DNA of 64,000 nucleotides from positions 1-64,000 of the forward strand of contig NW_019028981.1 in assembly GCF_002105155.1 (NCBI RefSeq), written 5' to 3'. The DNA is from Lobosporangium transversale (lineage: Eukaryota). This document shows, in pieces, positions 14,274 through 27,154 of this stretch. Position 1 is the first letter of the stretch. Every line of letters starts with the position of its first letter. The position numbers were made by a program, and so were the translations under genes. The notes below the pieces were generated by a model. The model was not told where the DNA came from and searched no databases. It saw only the letters and a list, made by a program, of their open reading frames with translations.

Positions 14274-15024
14274 CTGTTTCTTTTGAAAGGGTTCATACTG
14301 GCAGTGCAAAATGGTAGGGATGAGATCATGTCAAGGATGGACTTTTGGAATCAGTGGCAACAACGTGAGCTTTGCCACTCTTAATAATTGCTCAATCTTT
14401 TTTATCTCAAAGTGAATGTGCGCGCAGTATAAAAGCTAACAATCGACGTTAAAAGTAATAATGATAAAAATAAAAAAAAAAAAAGACAAACTGAGATGTG
14501 CAAAGTTTTATCGGGAAAGAGAAAGAGATGATGTCGTTGCCAACTGATGGGATGTGTGTACGTTACTGTTGTAGAGATGATGATATAGGAAACAGTATTA
14601 AGCTCTTTACTTTTTTTTTTTTTTTTTTTTATCAAATTTTTTCTTGTCCAGGTAAGTTGTTAAGAGGAAAGATGGATTAGATACAAGGGAATAGAAAAGC
14701 GAATGATGGTTCTGAAAGAATGTGATGATAGCAGAGAGAAGTGAATAGGGAGAATAAAGGTCAAAAAGTGGAGGAGAGAAGAAAGAAAGAATGGTTCCTG
14801 AAGGGCATGTCAAAATAAAAATAAAAAACTATTTATACAAATGACAAAGTAATTTCTTTCAACCATTGTTCCTTGGCTTTTTTCTTTTTTATCTGCCCTG
14901 TACTACATTCTCTTTCTGATCCATTGGCTTCTCTTTGGACAACATCCAAATCTCACCCAGATGATTCTGTTGTTGCTGCCCATAGAAGAACCTGAATCTA
15001 CTATTCAGTTTCTTCTTCTTTCAT

Positions 15025-15028
<4 letters not shown>

Positions 15029-15067
<39 letters not shown>

Positions 15068-15084
15068 TTTTTTTTTTTTTTTTT
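15029..15084. repeat. (CT)n plus poly-T tract
   Basis: Directly visible. Confidence 0.85.
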
Positions 15085-16363
15085 GTTTGATTATTCAATA
15101 TAGACAATGCTTGTAAGCAACGGTTAATAGGTACAAATATACCTCCTTGCTGAAAAGTTATGCACCATGCAATAGACTATTAAACATGATTCATTAATCA
15201 TGAACCATGAGCCATGAGCCATAAACCATGAAAGAACTATTGCTGTTTGATCTGTTTGATCTGTATGGCGATCATTACATCAAATCATCCTCTTTTTTAA
15301 GATACAATAGACAATATACAAAATACTCTATTATTAACTTCTTTTACTTCTTCATCACCAAAAAGAAAAGACATGACAAATGATGACAATACAACAATTG
15401 AGCATAAAATAAGGTACACACTTCATATCCTTTTCCGAAGGGAGAGAAAATCTCCAAACTGAAGCAAAAAAAAAAGAAAAAAAAAAAAAAAATCAAGCAT
15501 GTCTGTTTTCATGAGGCTGTTTTTATGATTGAGAGAATTTTTTTTATTCGCGCACCTGGAGAATAAAAAAAAAAAAAATATTGGAGGTTTGGGTTACCAT
15601 TAATATTGCCATAATTATTTTCAAGGTATTAGTTATGGCATAATAAACTGGGATTATCATATCTAAAAAAATAAAATGCTTTTTTATTTTTTATTTCATA
15701 ATAAGCATAAGCATGGTTGAGGACCCTGTTCAACCTTGTTTTAGTCTCTTTCTGCGCTAAGACTGGATTGCAATGTCTCCGTGCATCATTTGTCATGAGC
15801 TCATCCAAGGTCAAACGGGTAAAACTAAGGTTTTTATATGACCAAAAGAACATTAGAAATCACGTAGTCTTAAAGTTAGTGGCACCTGGTATCGTACCAC
15901 ATAATCATATTTCAATGTCTCAAAGCTTCCCCTGTCTTCACCAATATGGCTTTGACTACATGAATTAAGGCATTTCAAAGAAGCCTTCTTTTCTAGACAT
16001 ACAATCCCTTGAGTCTAGGATATATAATGTGTCGATGGCATAAAATTGCATATCAATATCGAGATTGATGGTAAAGTCTCCAGAGAACATTTGATACTCC
16101 GTAGACATATATATCTCTCTTCAATGAACTAAAGGATTGATACCCATATTTCTTCGCTCTTATTTGACATGTGTACCTGCATTCTTTGGGTCTAATATTC
16201 GGTATATTTCACTACAAGGCTCTTTTTGAAACAATACTTGCATTTCATTGCAATTTTACACGGAAACATACATTTATGAAAATATAAACTAAAGACCTTG
16301 GCCGAAAAGCCAACATAGTTGACATGATGCTGTCACGTGCTCATAAAATGATTGCATAGTATC

Positions 16364-17695
16364 CTAAGGTTTAGTAGACTTTGACATGTCAAAGGTTCCG
16401 TAAGGAGGTGGGTCGCGAGATCCTCCTCCTCTACCACGGGAGCCATACAATCCCTCATCTTGAGCCCGTGCCAATGCTTGTGATCGAACTTGCTCCGCCA
16501 AGGCTTCGTATTCTAACTGTCGCTCGCGTCGACGGCGGGCTTCGTCAATCTCTCGGTCAATATGCTGAGCTTCCAGCAGAGCCCTGACCAATGAAGCCTC
16601 TCCTTCACTCTCGCGCTGGCTCCTCTGCTTGTCAAAGCGGTGGAACAGGACCGTGGCGCCCAATAGACTGACAAGCTATGCCATCCAAGTTAAAGCATGT
16701 TTAATCATCGTAGAAAAAAACATTGACACAGACCTGTTTAGAGAATTTCTGTGGTAAGGTGGTAATGTGGTAATGTTATTATATTACAAAAAACAAACAA
16801 ATAAATAAGCTTACTTCAATACCACCAAGGATTGCCCCAATGACACCAATGGCTTGAAGACTGTCTTGGAAAGCTGTTTGGATATTTTCGCGACATCCTG
16901 CAAAAAAGTGATGATCCAGCGCGCATGTCACGGGGACTGGTCTGTCCAGCACATGCTCAAATCCGCAACATTGAAACTAAGAAAGAGTGTGTGTTACCAA
17001 ATTATAATTAGGTGGATTGGTCGTATAAAAAGTCGGGAAGCTGCTAATGGAGATCCATTCATAGACTTACAAACGACTCAAGGTCTTGAATGACATGGGG
17101 ATCTGACTTATAAACTTGGTCCCAAGCTTTGTCTAGAACCTCAATACCTTGGTTTCTATAGGCGAAAGCGAACGCCCCAACCGTGATTTGTAGGGCAATG
17201 GCAATCAATAAGATCAAAACATGGATCCAGAGGATCCATCGCTTCTCGTTCATAGTACCATAATAACCCAAGAACGAGACAAGCGAGATGGTTGCACCTA
17301 AAACCAAAATCAGATGTGGCAATAGCGTCGATGTCACGAAGACTGCGCCTGGTGCAAAGTAGACAAATGTGCCTATACAGTACATTAATGAAAAAAAATG
17401 GTTATCAAAAATGAGTTGCCCATTGTTACAAGTGATAAAAACAAGCTTTCAAGTCACGATATGACTTCATGACCTCCAGAACCATGATAGCTTACCGACA
17501 CATAGAAGAATCATCCCCACGAGCTATTATTCAAGTTTGTAGAAAGTTTGAATATGAGCCCTACATTTAAGACAAACTTCTGTTTAATTCATTAAAGACA
17601 ACAATGACTCCACTTACCAATGAAAGAAGATTCAGAACCGCAATGGCATTCTGAATTGGACCATACGACCTCGCAGGCCGAACAATAACATACAT
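16364..17695 (-). CDS. Tetraspanin, 5 exons, with an extended charged C-terminal tail
   Basis: Four TMs; large extracellular loop FQCCGF...VTC...GC; exons join in frame; tail ends ...DPPPYGTFDMSKSTKP. Confidence 0.85.
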
Positions 17696-17886
17696 GGTTG
17701 CTTTGTTCAATCAATGGAATCGGATATTTATATAATGTTGATGCGTTAATGAAATGCTATGGCGATTGATAAACGTTAATGACAATGAATTGAAGCAATG
17801 GTCATCAGGAGGCCGGAAAAACTCTTGGCTTCCTCCTTGTGCAAGGGCCAACCCGTGACAAAAAGCAAATCAAAGTAGAAACATTT

Positions 17887-19849
17887 TTATTTGGCTATAC
17901 CGCAGTGTGGCTCACGGTCTCCCACAACTGAAAGATAATGCTCTACTATCTCGCGATCCTTTTTCAAATAGAGAGGAATTGAGGTCATCTTCTTGGGATC
18001 AAGGTCAATACAGGTGATTTTGTAAATAAAGTCTTCGTCCTTGACCTTTATCCTTTGACGGTTTTCTTTGAATAAGGGGTCTTGTGTACCTATGCCAGGA
18101 CATCGGTCGCTGTAGAAGAGGTTTATAATAAACAAAAGTCAGCATCAATTAACTTCAAGCGGTGTAGACACACGCTCCTGGTGCTCCTATATGATCATGT
18201 GCGCTCATTACCTTGGAAAATTTGACTCCTTAGAGGCGTTGTCTGCTTCCTTCCTTATTTCATCCGCACGGCAAACAGCAATCAATAGTGAACAATCCTT
18301 CAGAGTCGCTGACAAGAGGAATTCCCGAAGATAGTGCAATTTTAAACTATCAGGAACCGTATTGGGGTCATCCAGATCATCCTCAGGTCCAAACCCAAGG
18401 TTAGAGGCATTATTACTCAAAAAGTCTGCAAGATCCTTAGTCATCATCTCATTCATATCGGTTCGGTACAAGAATGACTCGGCTGTATTCAAAAACTCTT
18501 CCAGCGTAGGTTCCGGAATAGTCCCTACCATGGGACTAGCGAGCTGCGTGTAGAAGCGATGAATTGTCTCTATATCTAAGGAATCCAGCGCCTGTTGAAG
18601 ACGACCAAGCCTCTTGAGTATGGGTGACTGAACAAGGATCCGTGTAAGTACATCTACGAGTGAGATTGGTTTAGAGCTTTCTTCCTTATGGATTAGAGAG
18701 CTGTTTCCCTGCGGCGGTTTCTCTTCAATCGATGTCTTGAATAAACATTTCACCATCATTTCCTTAGTGATAGGCAGCTGCTGCGTCCCATTGATAAAAA
18801 GGCGGAGATTGTTCTGGGGGGTCCGAATTAGTGCATCTAGAGAATCTTGAACCAACGGCTCCACACCCGAAAATAGGTCGATAGGACAGTACTCACTAAG
18901 ACTCGTCCCATGTCCAGATTTCATTTTTAAGTGCTGGTGCATACAGTGACGGCACTTGCGTCGTTTAATGTTCTCATGACGGATAAAAGCCGATTGCGTA
19001 AGAAATCCCCACTTAGGCTAAAGATGACATGTGTTGTCCATAGTCATGTTAGCATTGATACCATGCTGCCAATAATAATAATAATAGTAAATAAAGCATT
19101 TTTTGGCAACTAAGGCCCTTTACTTTGATCTCTACAGCAACTGAAACTTGACTATCAGCTAAATCAATAAATCGAGTGTGGTCCAATGCCAGAAACCCGG
19201 CAGCTTGCGATAAATCAATGACTTTATGCAGTCGCTCCAAAGGTCGTGAAGGCTCGATTGCTTTCGAGAGAGCAGTCAAAAATTCATCAGGAAGCGAGAC
19301 TACAACCTACAGCTCAAGGAAAAATGACAAAAGAAATACATCGAATGAATAAATAAATAGCGCTACCCGGATGCACGCCTTGAGTGGACGGTGGGTCACC
19401 ATACCAATTGGTCGACATATTCCTGTCCAAGAAGCAAGCTAAAGACTTTAGATATAAAAACGGACTCTTGAAGCAAATTCTCTTTTTTATCTGCAAGAAC
19501 GGTTGATAGGGTTTCACTTGAAGTACTTTTTGATGCTTCGCAGATTTTCTGTTGACGATCAGTCTTTCGGAGGCGAAGCATGGTAGTTTTCTAATACCAT
19601 ATGGACAAACAGACACTGTCAGATCGTATTTCAAATAGTGGCCATAGGGTATTCGAAAACCAGGATAACTGTTTGCTCAGTTAATGCCCTGGCATAAATT
19701 GAAACGCAAACCATTTGGCGTTAGCGCAGCCCTCGCCGATTGCTTACAAAGCGAGGATTCGGGCCAATGTATTTCAAGACAAGGTTGGCGTTGCCCTCGG
19801 CTCTGTATTGCCAATGCTCCACATGATATAGTTCGCGCAGCGCCGCCAT
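17887..19849 (-). CDS. IPK1: Inositol-pentakisphosphate 2-kinase
   Basis: Motifs WQYRAEGNANLV, VEIK|PKWGF, CRHCMHQ, YCPIDLFSG, FLLSATLKDCS, IDLDPK; 5 exons. Confidence 0.9.
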
Positions 19850-20127
19850 AATATAGTTTCCTGTCCTTCAGTCTGTTGAAAAGGATGGGAAAATGGAATG
19901 AATGTAACGAATCAAAGTTTTTTTTTTTACGCCGATGCTCTTGATCTTTTATCGTCAGGGAGTTTTAGTGCATGTAAACAAGGTGCCAATTTGGTGGTGA
20001 ATAAGATTAACAAATATTTCCCACTCTTTGAGCTTTCCTTCATCCTGTTCATCAGACCCATTGCTTTTCAATCCTTTTCTTCCATTCATTGTTTTTTCTG
20101 ATTTCCTCTGACAGAATTGCTGCAGCC
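19850..20127. promoter_or_regulatory. Short divergent (bidirectional) promoter between IPK1 and the serine dehydratase
   Basis: Head-to-head ATGs at 19849 (-) and 20128 (+). Confidence 0.6.
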
Positions 20128-21880
20128 ATGACCGCCTCAACTTTGATAGATCAACCTTTGCACAACCCAACGCCTTTATTGCACTCAACTGTGCTTAGTC
20201 GTAAGACACAGACGTAAGATAAGGAATACATCACATTGGCACAAATGCTAATAATTTTTGACCTGCATATCCCACAATTGTTGACATGAAGTTTAAAAAT
20301 TCCACAATTCGTACAGTAATATTTGGCTCAAACTCGAGAACCTGCAACCTAGCGGCTCTTTCAAGATCAGGTAAGAACATAGGCATTTAGTAATTGTTGT
20401 TTAGCTTGATCAAGACTTGATATTTTTATCACATTCACTAAATATGTCTTGCATGGATTCGACGCTGTAGAGGTCTTGGGCACATGTGCCAGAAGGCCGC
20501 TCTGAAGCACGGCTCTAAGACTCGTCTTGTCTCTTCGTCCGGCGGGAATGCTGGCCTTGCTGTGGCCTACGCTGCCCGCCAGCTCGGTATCCAGGCGACG
20601 ATTATTGTTCCTCAAACGTGCAATGCCTTTATGATAAAAAAAATAAAGGAAGAAGGCGCACATGTAGAGATGCATGGTGAGGTATGCCTTTTTGTGCGTG
20701 AGTGAGTCTACACATTCGGCTGTACGTAGTAAGGCTTATTACTAAATATTACTATTGCTACATTTTATCTCAGGCTTGGGATGAGGCTGATTTACGTGCG
20801 AAATCTGTAGTTGCCGATGATCCGCATGCGTAAGTTGAGTCATTTATATAAGAGTTTATTCAAGACTGAATTCTTTTCGATTATTATAGTCAATGACAAG
20901 AGTATTTCGACCTTTTTTTTTTATTTAAAAAAAAAAAAAAATCTGTAGTGTGTACATTCCTCCATTCGATCATCCAGATGTTTGGCAAGGAAATTCAACC
21001 ATGATCACCGAGCTTAAGGCACAGCTTGGGGGAATTGTTCCCGATGCCATTGTTTGCTCTGTAGGCGGAGGGGGAATGATGAATGGGATCATTCTTGGAT
21101 GCCAATCGGTTGGATGGGATAAAGGTACAACATGTTCTGTGTAACGTTGATCCTTACAGAGGAGATATTGTTCTGAAACATTTTTTTTTTTTTTTTTTAA
21201 TAGTTCCTCTTCTTACTGTGGAGACTCATGGATCAAATTCTTTCCAACAATCTGTTTTGGCTGGAGAATTGGTGACTCTTCCAAAGATCACATCCATTGC
21301 TACCACCTTGGGCGCCAAGACCCCCTCCGCTAAATCGCTCGAGCTAAGTCTTGTCCACCCTGTGGTGCCATTCGCTGTGAGTGATGCCATGGCAGCAAGT
21401 GCTTGTTGGCAATTCCTCGGTGAGTCATTATATTCTATTAATTAATCCATGTGACCATGGTTTAGGATGACAGTGGCTAACACTGATTATATTGAATGAT
21501 GCCCTTATGGAACAGATGATCACCGTTTTGCAGTTGAGCCTTCCTGTGGTACTGCACTCTCTATCGCCTATACACCAGCCCTGCTTTCCAACATTTTCCC
21601 TAACCTAAATCAAGATTCGAATGTTGTATTTATTGTCTGTGGTGGATCTAATATTAACTTCGCTCAACTCACAGAATTTAAAGAGATGTTTGGTGCAGAA
21701 GGCCAACAGTCCTCGATCGCTGTCAGAAGTGGGGATCAGATTCTGCTCAAGATGACAACAGATGCTACTGCGTCATCTCAAAAAGCTATCCTTTCCACTA
21801 CCTATAAGCCAGAGCCCAAGGCTGCCAGTGTTGACTCAAACAACGGCGAGACAGCCATAGCTGAAAATGCTTCGAAGTAG
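20128..21880 (+). CDS. L-serine/L-threonine dehydratase (PLP fold type II)
   Basis: KLENLQPSGSFKI|RG (PLP lysine), SSGGNAG, PPFDHP, SVGGGG, VEPSCG, IVCGGSN; multi-exon. Confidence 0.92.
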
Positions 21881-22112
21881 GCGTGGGAAGAAAAGCATAA
21901 TTTAAAAAAGAATGTGTTTGTAGATTTCTTTTGCCTATGAAATAAACTTTAGGGCTCGTTTGATATTGACCACGTGACCATGAAGATCTCATAATCAGCA
22001 TCACGTATTTGCCATCCTTTTCGTTAAAATCATTTCATTCTTCCAGTTCAATAAAGGCACAACAACAATTCAACTCATCCTTAGACTAAAAAAACACAAG
22101 GATACAACAGTC

Positions 22113-22713
22113 ATGACATCACCAAGCAGCGGGCTCGACTTGGTCGAAAATCCATCCAGCTTAATCACGAAGCGCAAGATTCAAGAGATGGTGGCACAAA
22201 TTGACCCAAGCGAAAGACTGGAACCTGAAGTGGAAGACGTATGAGCCATGAATTTATGTCAAATATAATTAACAACTGACTTTTATTATATATTGTTATA
22301 TTTACTGACCTTCAAATTTGAACAACCTTTTTGTAGATTTTGTTAGAGCTTGCGGACGAGTTTATCGAGTCAGTTACACAGTTTGCTTGTAAACTCGCTG
22401 TCCATCGAAAATCATCAACTTTAGAAGTTAAAGATGTTCAGCTTCATCTTGGTATGCAAAAGATCACAAAAGGATTATGGAGAGAAAAGGGCATTGGACT
22501 GTTATTGAGCTGTTGGATATGTATTCAATATGCAATAGATTTTAACAATGCGTCATTTCCCTTCTTTTAGAGAGAAACTGGAATATCAGGATCCCAGGAT
22601 TTGCTTCAGAGGAGATCAGGTCTGTAAGAAAGTCAACTGTACCAGCGTCGCATACACAAAAGCTGACTGCCGTGAGCAATGCCAAGGCAGCACAGGCAGC
22701 TTCAGGCAAGTAA
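22113..22713 (+). CDS. TAF12: TFIID/SAGA subunit 12, essentially histone fold only, 3 exons
   Basis: [72 protein letters not shown]. Confidence 0.93.
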
Positions 22714-22950
22714 CGAATCGCCTCTAGAAGTTCCAGGATTATATAGCATGTCCGCAACCATTAAAAAAAAAAAAAAAAAAATAGTAGTCATTCTGCAGGA
22801 AGGATAGGAAGCAGGCTGTATATTAATATCAATAAAGTAATTCTTTCAGTTTTTCTGTGACGTGATATTCGAATACCCTTTTTTTTTTTTTTTTTTTTTT
22901 TCCCTTTCTCCCTCTCTCTCTTTCTCTTATTAAAGATTTTTTTATTCAAC

Positions 22951-23723
22951 ATGGCAAACAACGATGTCTCGGTTCAGGCTACAACTGCCAGTCCCACGAG
23001 AATGATTACTGTATTCTGCGGTTCATCTCCGTAAGTGCCATTAAGAATGTAGTCATGAGCGACAATGTTCAGGAAAAATAAGTCTCATTCTTTTTTTTTC
23101 TATTGTTACAATATAGGGGGCGTGATCCGGACTATATTAAGATGGCCAAGGGTGTGTGTTGCTTGTCGATTAATTTTGATGGTTAATTAAATATTTCCTC
23201 GCGTATTTAACGTTACTACGTTTGTGTTTCTCAATATTAGAACTTGGTCGCGAGATGTTAAAGAGGAATTATGGGCTTGTCTATGGTAAACATGTGTATC
23301 CTATTTATTGTGTTTTGCGATCGATAAGCATCAATTGATCTTAATATGATAAAACATCCTTTGCCTTAATAATCCACCGCTTAACTTACAAGTCTCCTTC
23401 CTCGTCTTTTATTTCCCAAAGGTGGTGGATCATATGGTCTAATGGGTGCAATCGCTCAGACGATCCATGAAGGGGGTGGAAAGGTTATAGGAATCATTCC
23501 TGGTGCCCTCAAAAAAGTTGAACGCCCAGGTAAACATAAACCTGGTGCTATAAGGATGATGCTTTGTTGTCCTGCTTTTTCCTTCAAGCTAAATTTTTCT
23601 CTTTTTTTTTTTCTTTGGTAACAGAAATTCCGGATGTTGACAATCAGAAAGTTTTTGGTGAGGAAATTATTGTGCAGGACATGCATACTAGAAAAGCGAT
23701 GATGAACAAATTAGTACGTACAG

Positions 23724-23755
<32 letters not shown>

Positions 23756-24251
23756 CGTTCTCATGTAAATGCACACATCGATAATTTATTGATCAGCATG
23801 AAACATTTTTTTTTTAGTCAAGTGGTTTCATCACTATGCCAGGTGGCTACGGCACTATGGAAGAACTTCTAGAAATCACGACCTGGTCCCAGTTAAGCAT
23901 CCATGATAAACCCGTTGTTCTTTTCAACATGAAGGGTTACTTCGAACACTTGCTCAAGTTTATCCAGCACTCTGTTGAAGGTTAGTCCGCAAATGAATTG
24001 ATAAGTGTAGAGATGGGCACGTTTTTTAATTCATCAATAAATTACTAATACCATCCCCTTTATTTATTAATTTATTTACTTTGGAAACTTTTACAGAGAA
24101 ATTTGTCGTCGATTGGAGTGCTGACATTATCGCTGCAGGAACAACTGCGGAAGAGGTGCTTGATAAGCTGGAAGCCTACAAGCCTCCTGTTTCTCGTTAT
24201 GCCTTGAAATGGGACGACACAGATGCTACTCACAAGGAGGATTTCGTTTAA
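22951..24251 (+). CDS. LOG: LOG-family nucleotide (cytokinin riboside 5'-monophosphate) phosphoribohydrolase
   Basis: [41 protein letters not shown]; 7 exons join in frame. Confidence 0.9.
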
Positions 24252-24365
24252 TTTTAATTCTTATTAAGGGCGATTTTTAGGGAATAAAAAGCTTAGAACG
24301 AACGAACTGTAATGCTTTTTTTTTTTTGTCATCACTTTGCCATTATACAACCTCTTTTTATAACC

Positions 24366-24915
24366 ATGCCAGTATGTCCTCTTTTATATTTTATGCACAA
24401 ACTGTTCACTGACATTACACTACAATGCAATCAACATTCTGCTGACCCCTGTCTCTCATGTGACATGGTGCTTCTGATTAGGTTTACAAGTACGACGTTA
24501 CCATGACCTGCTCTGGATGCAGCGGTGCTGTCACCCGCGTTCTTAACAAGCTCGATGGTAAATATTAAAAAGACGACATTTTTTCTGGATATCACGACAT
24601 TGTGTTGTCCTATCCACAGCCTTTTTTTTTAAAAAAAAAAAATAATAATAATAAAAAACTACTGTTCCTGAATATTACTGACATTATTATTTGAAATTCT
24701 TCAGGCGTCAAGACATTCGACGTCTCACTTGAGAACCAGAAAGTCATTGTCGAATCTGATACTCTCACTGAGGTTAGTCTTTTACGTGTTTTAATGTCTT
24801 GTGAACAGTTTGAGATGAGACTAAAGCAGGCTTATTTGTTTTTTCATGACAATAGGAACAGATTCTTGCGACGATTCAAAAGACTGGCAAGGCTGCTAAG
24901 GTTGCCGCTGCTTAA
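24366..24915 (+). CDS. ATX1: Copper chaperone (HMA domain), 4 exons; first coding exon is only ATG CCA
   Basis: MP|VYKYDVTMTCSGCSGAVTRVLNKLD|GVKTFDVSLENQKVIV...KTGK; MxCxxC motif. Not present in the ORF track. Confidence 0.92.
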
Positions 24916-25348
24916 ACAAAGAAAAAAGACGTTTTAAAAATAAATAAAATATACATATACATATATATTATGTATATATATTTTTTTCGAATGGGAGCAT
25001 GGTAGAAATGTCAAAAAAAAAGTATACATTTGTCTGTATGGCTCTAGATTAGTTGACAGACTTTGTTAAATTAGGATTTAGTGACTAAATATAATTGTTG
25101 GAAATAGTTGATAGAACATGTTTTGTTATAGATTTGGCCTTAATCGCATTCACTGTCGGACAAAAAATTCAATTGACAAAGTCCGAAAGAAGAAGAAAGG
25201 GCGGATGTGAAAGAGTTCTGATCATTTTAATGAATTGTATTCCAATCCAACTTTCTCATTAATTCATCTTTCATTACACATAGACTCTCTCTGTCTCTCT
25301 CTCTCACACACTTCTCTCCTTCTCGATTACGCGTCTAATACCAATACC

Positions 25349-26394
25349 ATGACTCGCTTCGTTGCTCTCTCTCGCCCACTTGCCGCTGCCGCCCGTGTTC
25401 AAGTCACTCGTTCAGCTCTTGCAACTCGCGCTGCTATTCAGAGTAAGCTTTTTTTTATTTTTTATTTTTTTTTTCTATTTTTCCATCTTCAGTCTTCTCA
25501 AGAGTACAGCGGCATTGGAAGCATTCCCTCAACAGCTATGTAGCTTCAAGACATACAATCTGCACATGGCTTTTATTTTGCGCGTTTTTACGTGAACGCG
25601 CCTCTTTCAAAGGATAGCAAGCTATAACTTTTTTTTTTTTTGTTATATAACAAGCTATAACCTGCAACTATTTATCATGAATTTTTGTCACGTTAACTGA
25701 CAAAGCAGAATACAGAGCGAGGGGTAGGATGCAAGGAAATTTATAGTCAATGGCGACTCCATTTTCTTTTTCTTTTTTTTTTTTTTTTTTTTTTTTGCCT
25801 TTTTTTTTATTTTTTTCTTTTTTTATGGAAATACAAAAACGAAGCCTTTGTCCGGAAGAAGCAAGAGCTCCGAAACCTGTTTTTGGACACAGCACAATTG
25901 AGATATAAAACATCTGTCTATAAAAAACAATGCTCCTTCATTTTTTCTTGTTATTACTCGTTGGCACTGAAAAGGAGGCTGTCAACTCATAGGAAAACGA
26001 TGCTCCATCTCATGAAATATGTTGACCTCTTTTTTTTCATTTGTAAATATATATATTTATGCTAGTCCGTCATTACTCTGCCGATCACCACGAGGAATCA
26101 TTTGAGGACTTTACAGCTCGCTTTGTCAAGTTCTTTGACAATGTGGATGATTTGTTTGAGCTTCAGCGTGGATTGAATAATGCTTTTGGTTATGATTTGG
26201 TTCCTGCGCCTTCAGTTATCGAGGCTGCTCTCAAGGCTGCTAGACGCGTCAATGATTACCCTACAGCTGTCCGTATCTTTGAAGGATTGAAGGTCAAGAC
26301 TGGATCGGATGCTATTTACAAGCAATACTTGGATGAGCTGGCTCCTCTGAGGGCTCAGTTAGGTGTTGATACCAAAGAGGAACTTGGATTTTAA
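25349..26394 (+). CDS. COX5A: Cytochrome c oxidase subunit Va (yeast Cox6), 2 exons, with mitochondrial presequence
   Basis: Arg-rich presequence exon, intron 25443-26065, then RHYS...ESFEDFTARF...LFELQRGLNNAFGYDLVPAPSVIEAALKAARRVNDYPTAVRIFEGLK. Confidence 0.93.
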
Positions 26395-27154
26395 AAAAGT
26401 AACAACAACAGCGACAACAACAACAACAATGACAGCAGCAGCAGCAGCAGCAACATTGACATCATCAGCCGCAAAGAGCAACAATATTTTTGTACAGTTT
26501 CAGGAGAGTATTGAAGAAGAAGAAAAAAAAAATGGCCAGAAAAAAAGTAGAGAAAAGGAGGTTCAGTTGATACTGCAATAAGCGACATAATACAATACAG
26601 CAATACAATGTTTGCAATGCTTCCTCTGTTGAAAAACTAGTGCAGCAACACATAGAGTTGACCTTCTTGACTCTTTCTTTCTCTCTTTTTTTTTTTTTTT
26701 TTTTTTTTTTTGTAGCTTGAACTTAAACAAATGCATTAGAAAAAAAAAAAAAAAAATAAGAAAATAAAAAAAATAAAAAAAATTAACCTCATTGTTCATT
26801 TTATGTGGCGATTCTAGTAGTTTGTCGACTTGGTTTGCAAACGGTATTTTCCCATCGCCACAAAAGTTTTGCTTGCTTTGACCCCGATGGAGTCGAGTCC
26901 TGTTTAACTTACTGGTCGTTGGAGAGAAGAGACATTTAAGCACTCATGATAAGAATGATTTTTGAATGCATAAAAGATCGATTTAATAAGAAAAAAAAAA
27001 ATAATAATAAGTGATGCGTAACGTGAGTTAATCCTCCCATCCATAATCTACAGAAAGAAAATATTTTTTAAAAAAAGAGGCTAATATATAGAAGAGTAGA
27101 AGAGATAATGCAGAGAATAACAAAAAAAAAAAAGTGCACAAAGTAGATTTTTTT

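Noticed and set aside
23286..23421. U12-type intron in LOG (CTTAAC branch-like sequence, AAG acceptor)
   Set aside because: The donor is GTAAAC, not the U12 RTATCCTT consensus.
25848..25868. GTCCGGAAGAAGCA resembling SRP RNA helix 8
   Set aside because: Partial match only, with no flanking SRP helices; lies in a mRNA intron.
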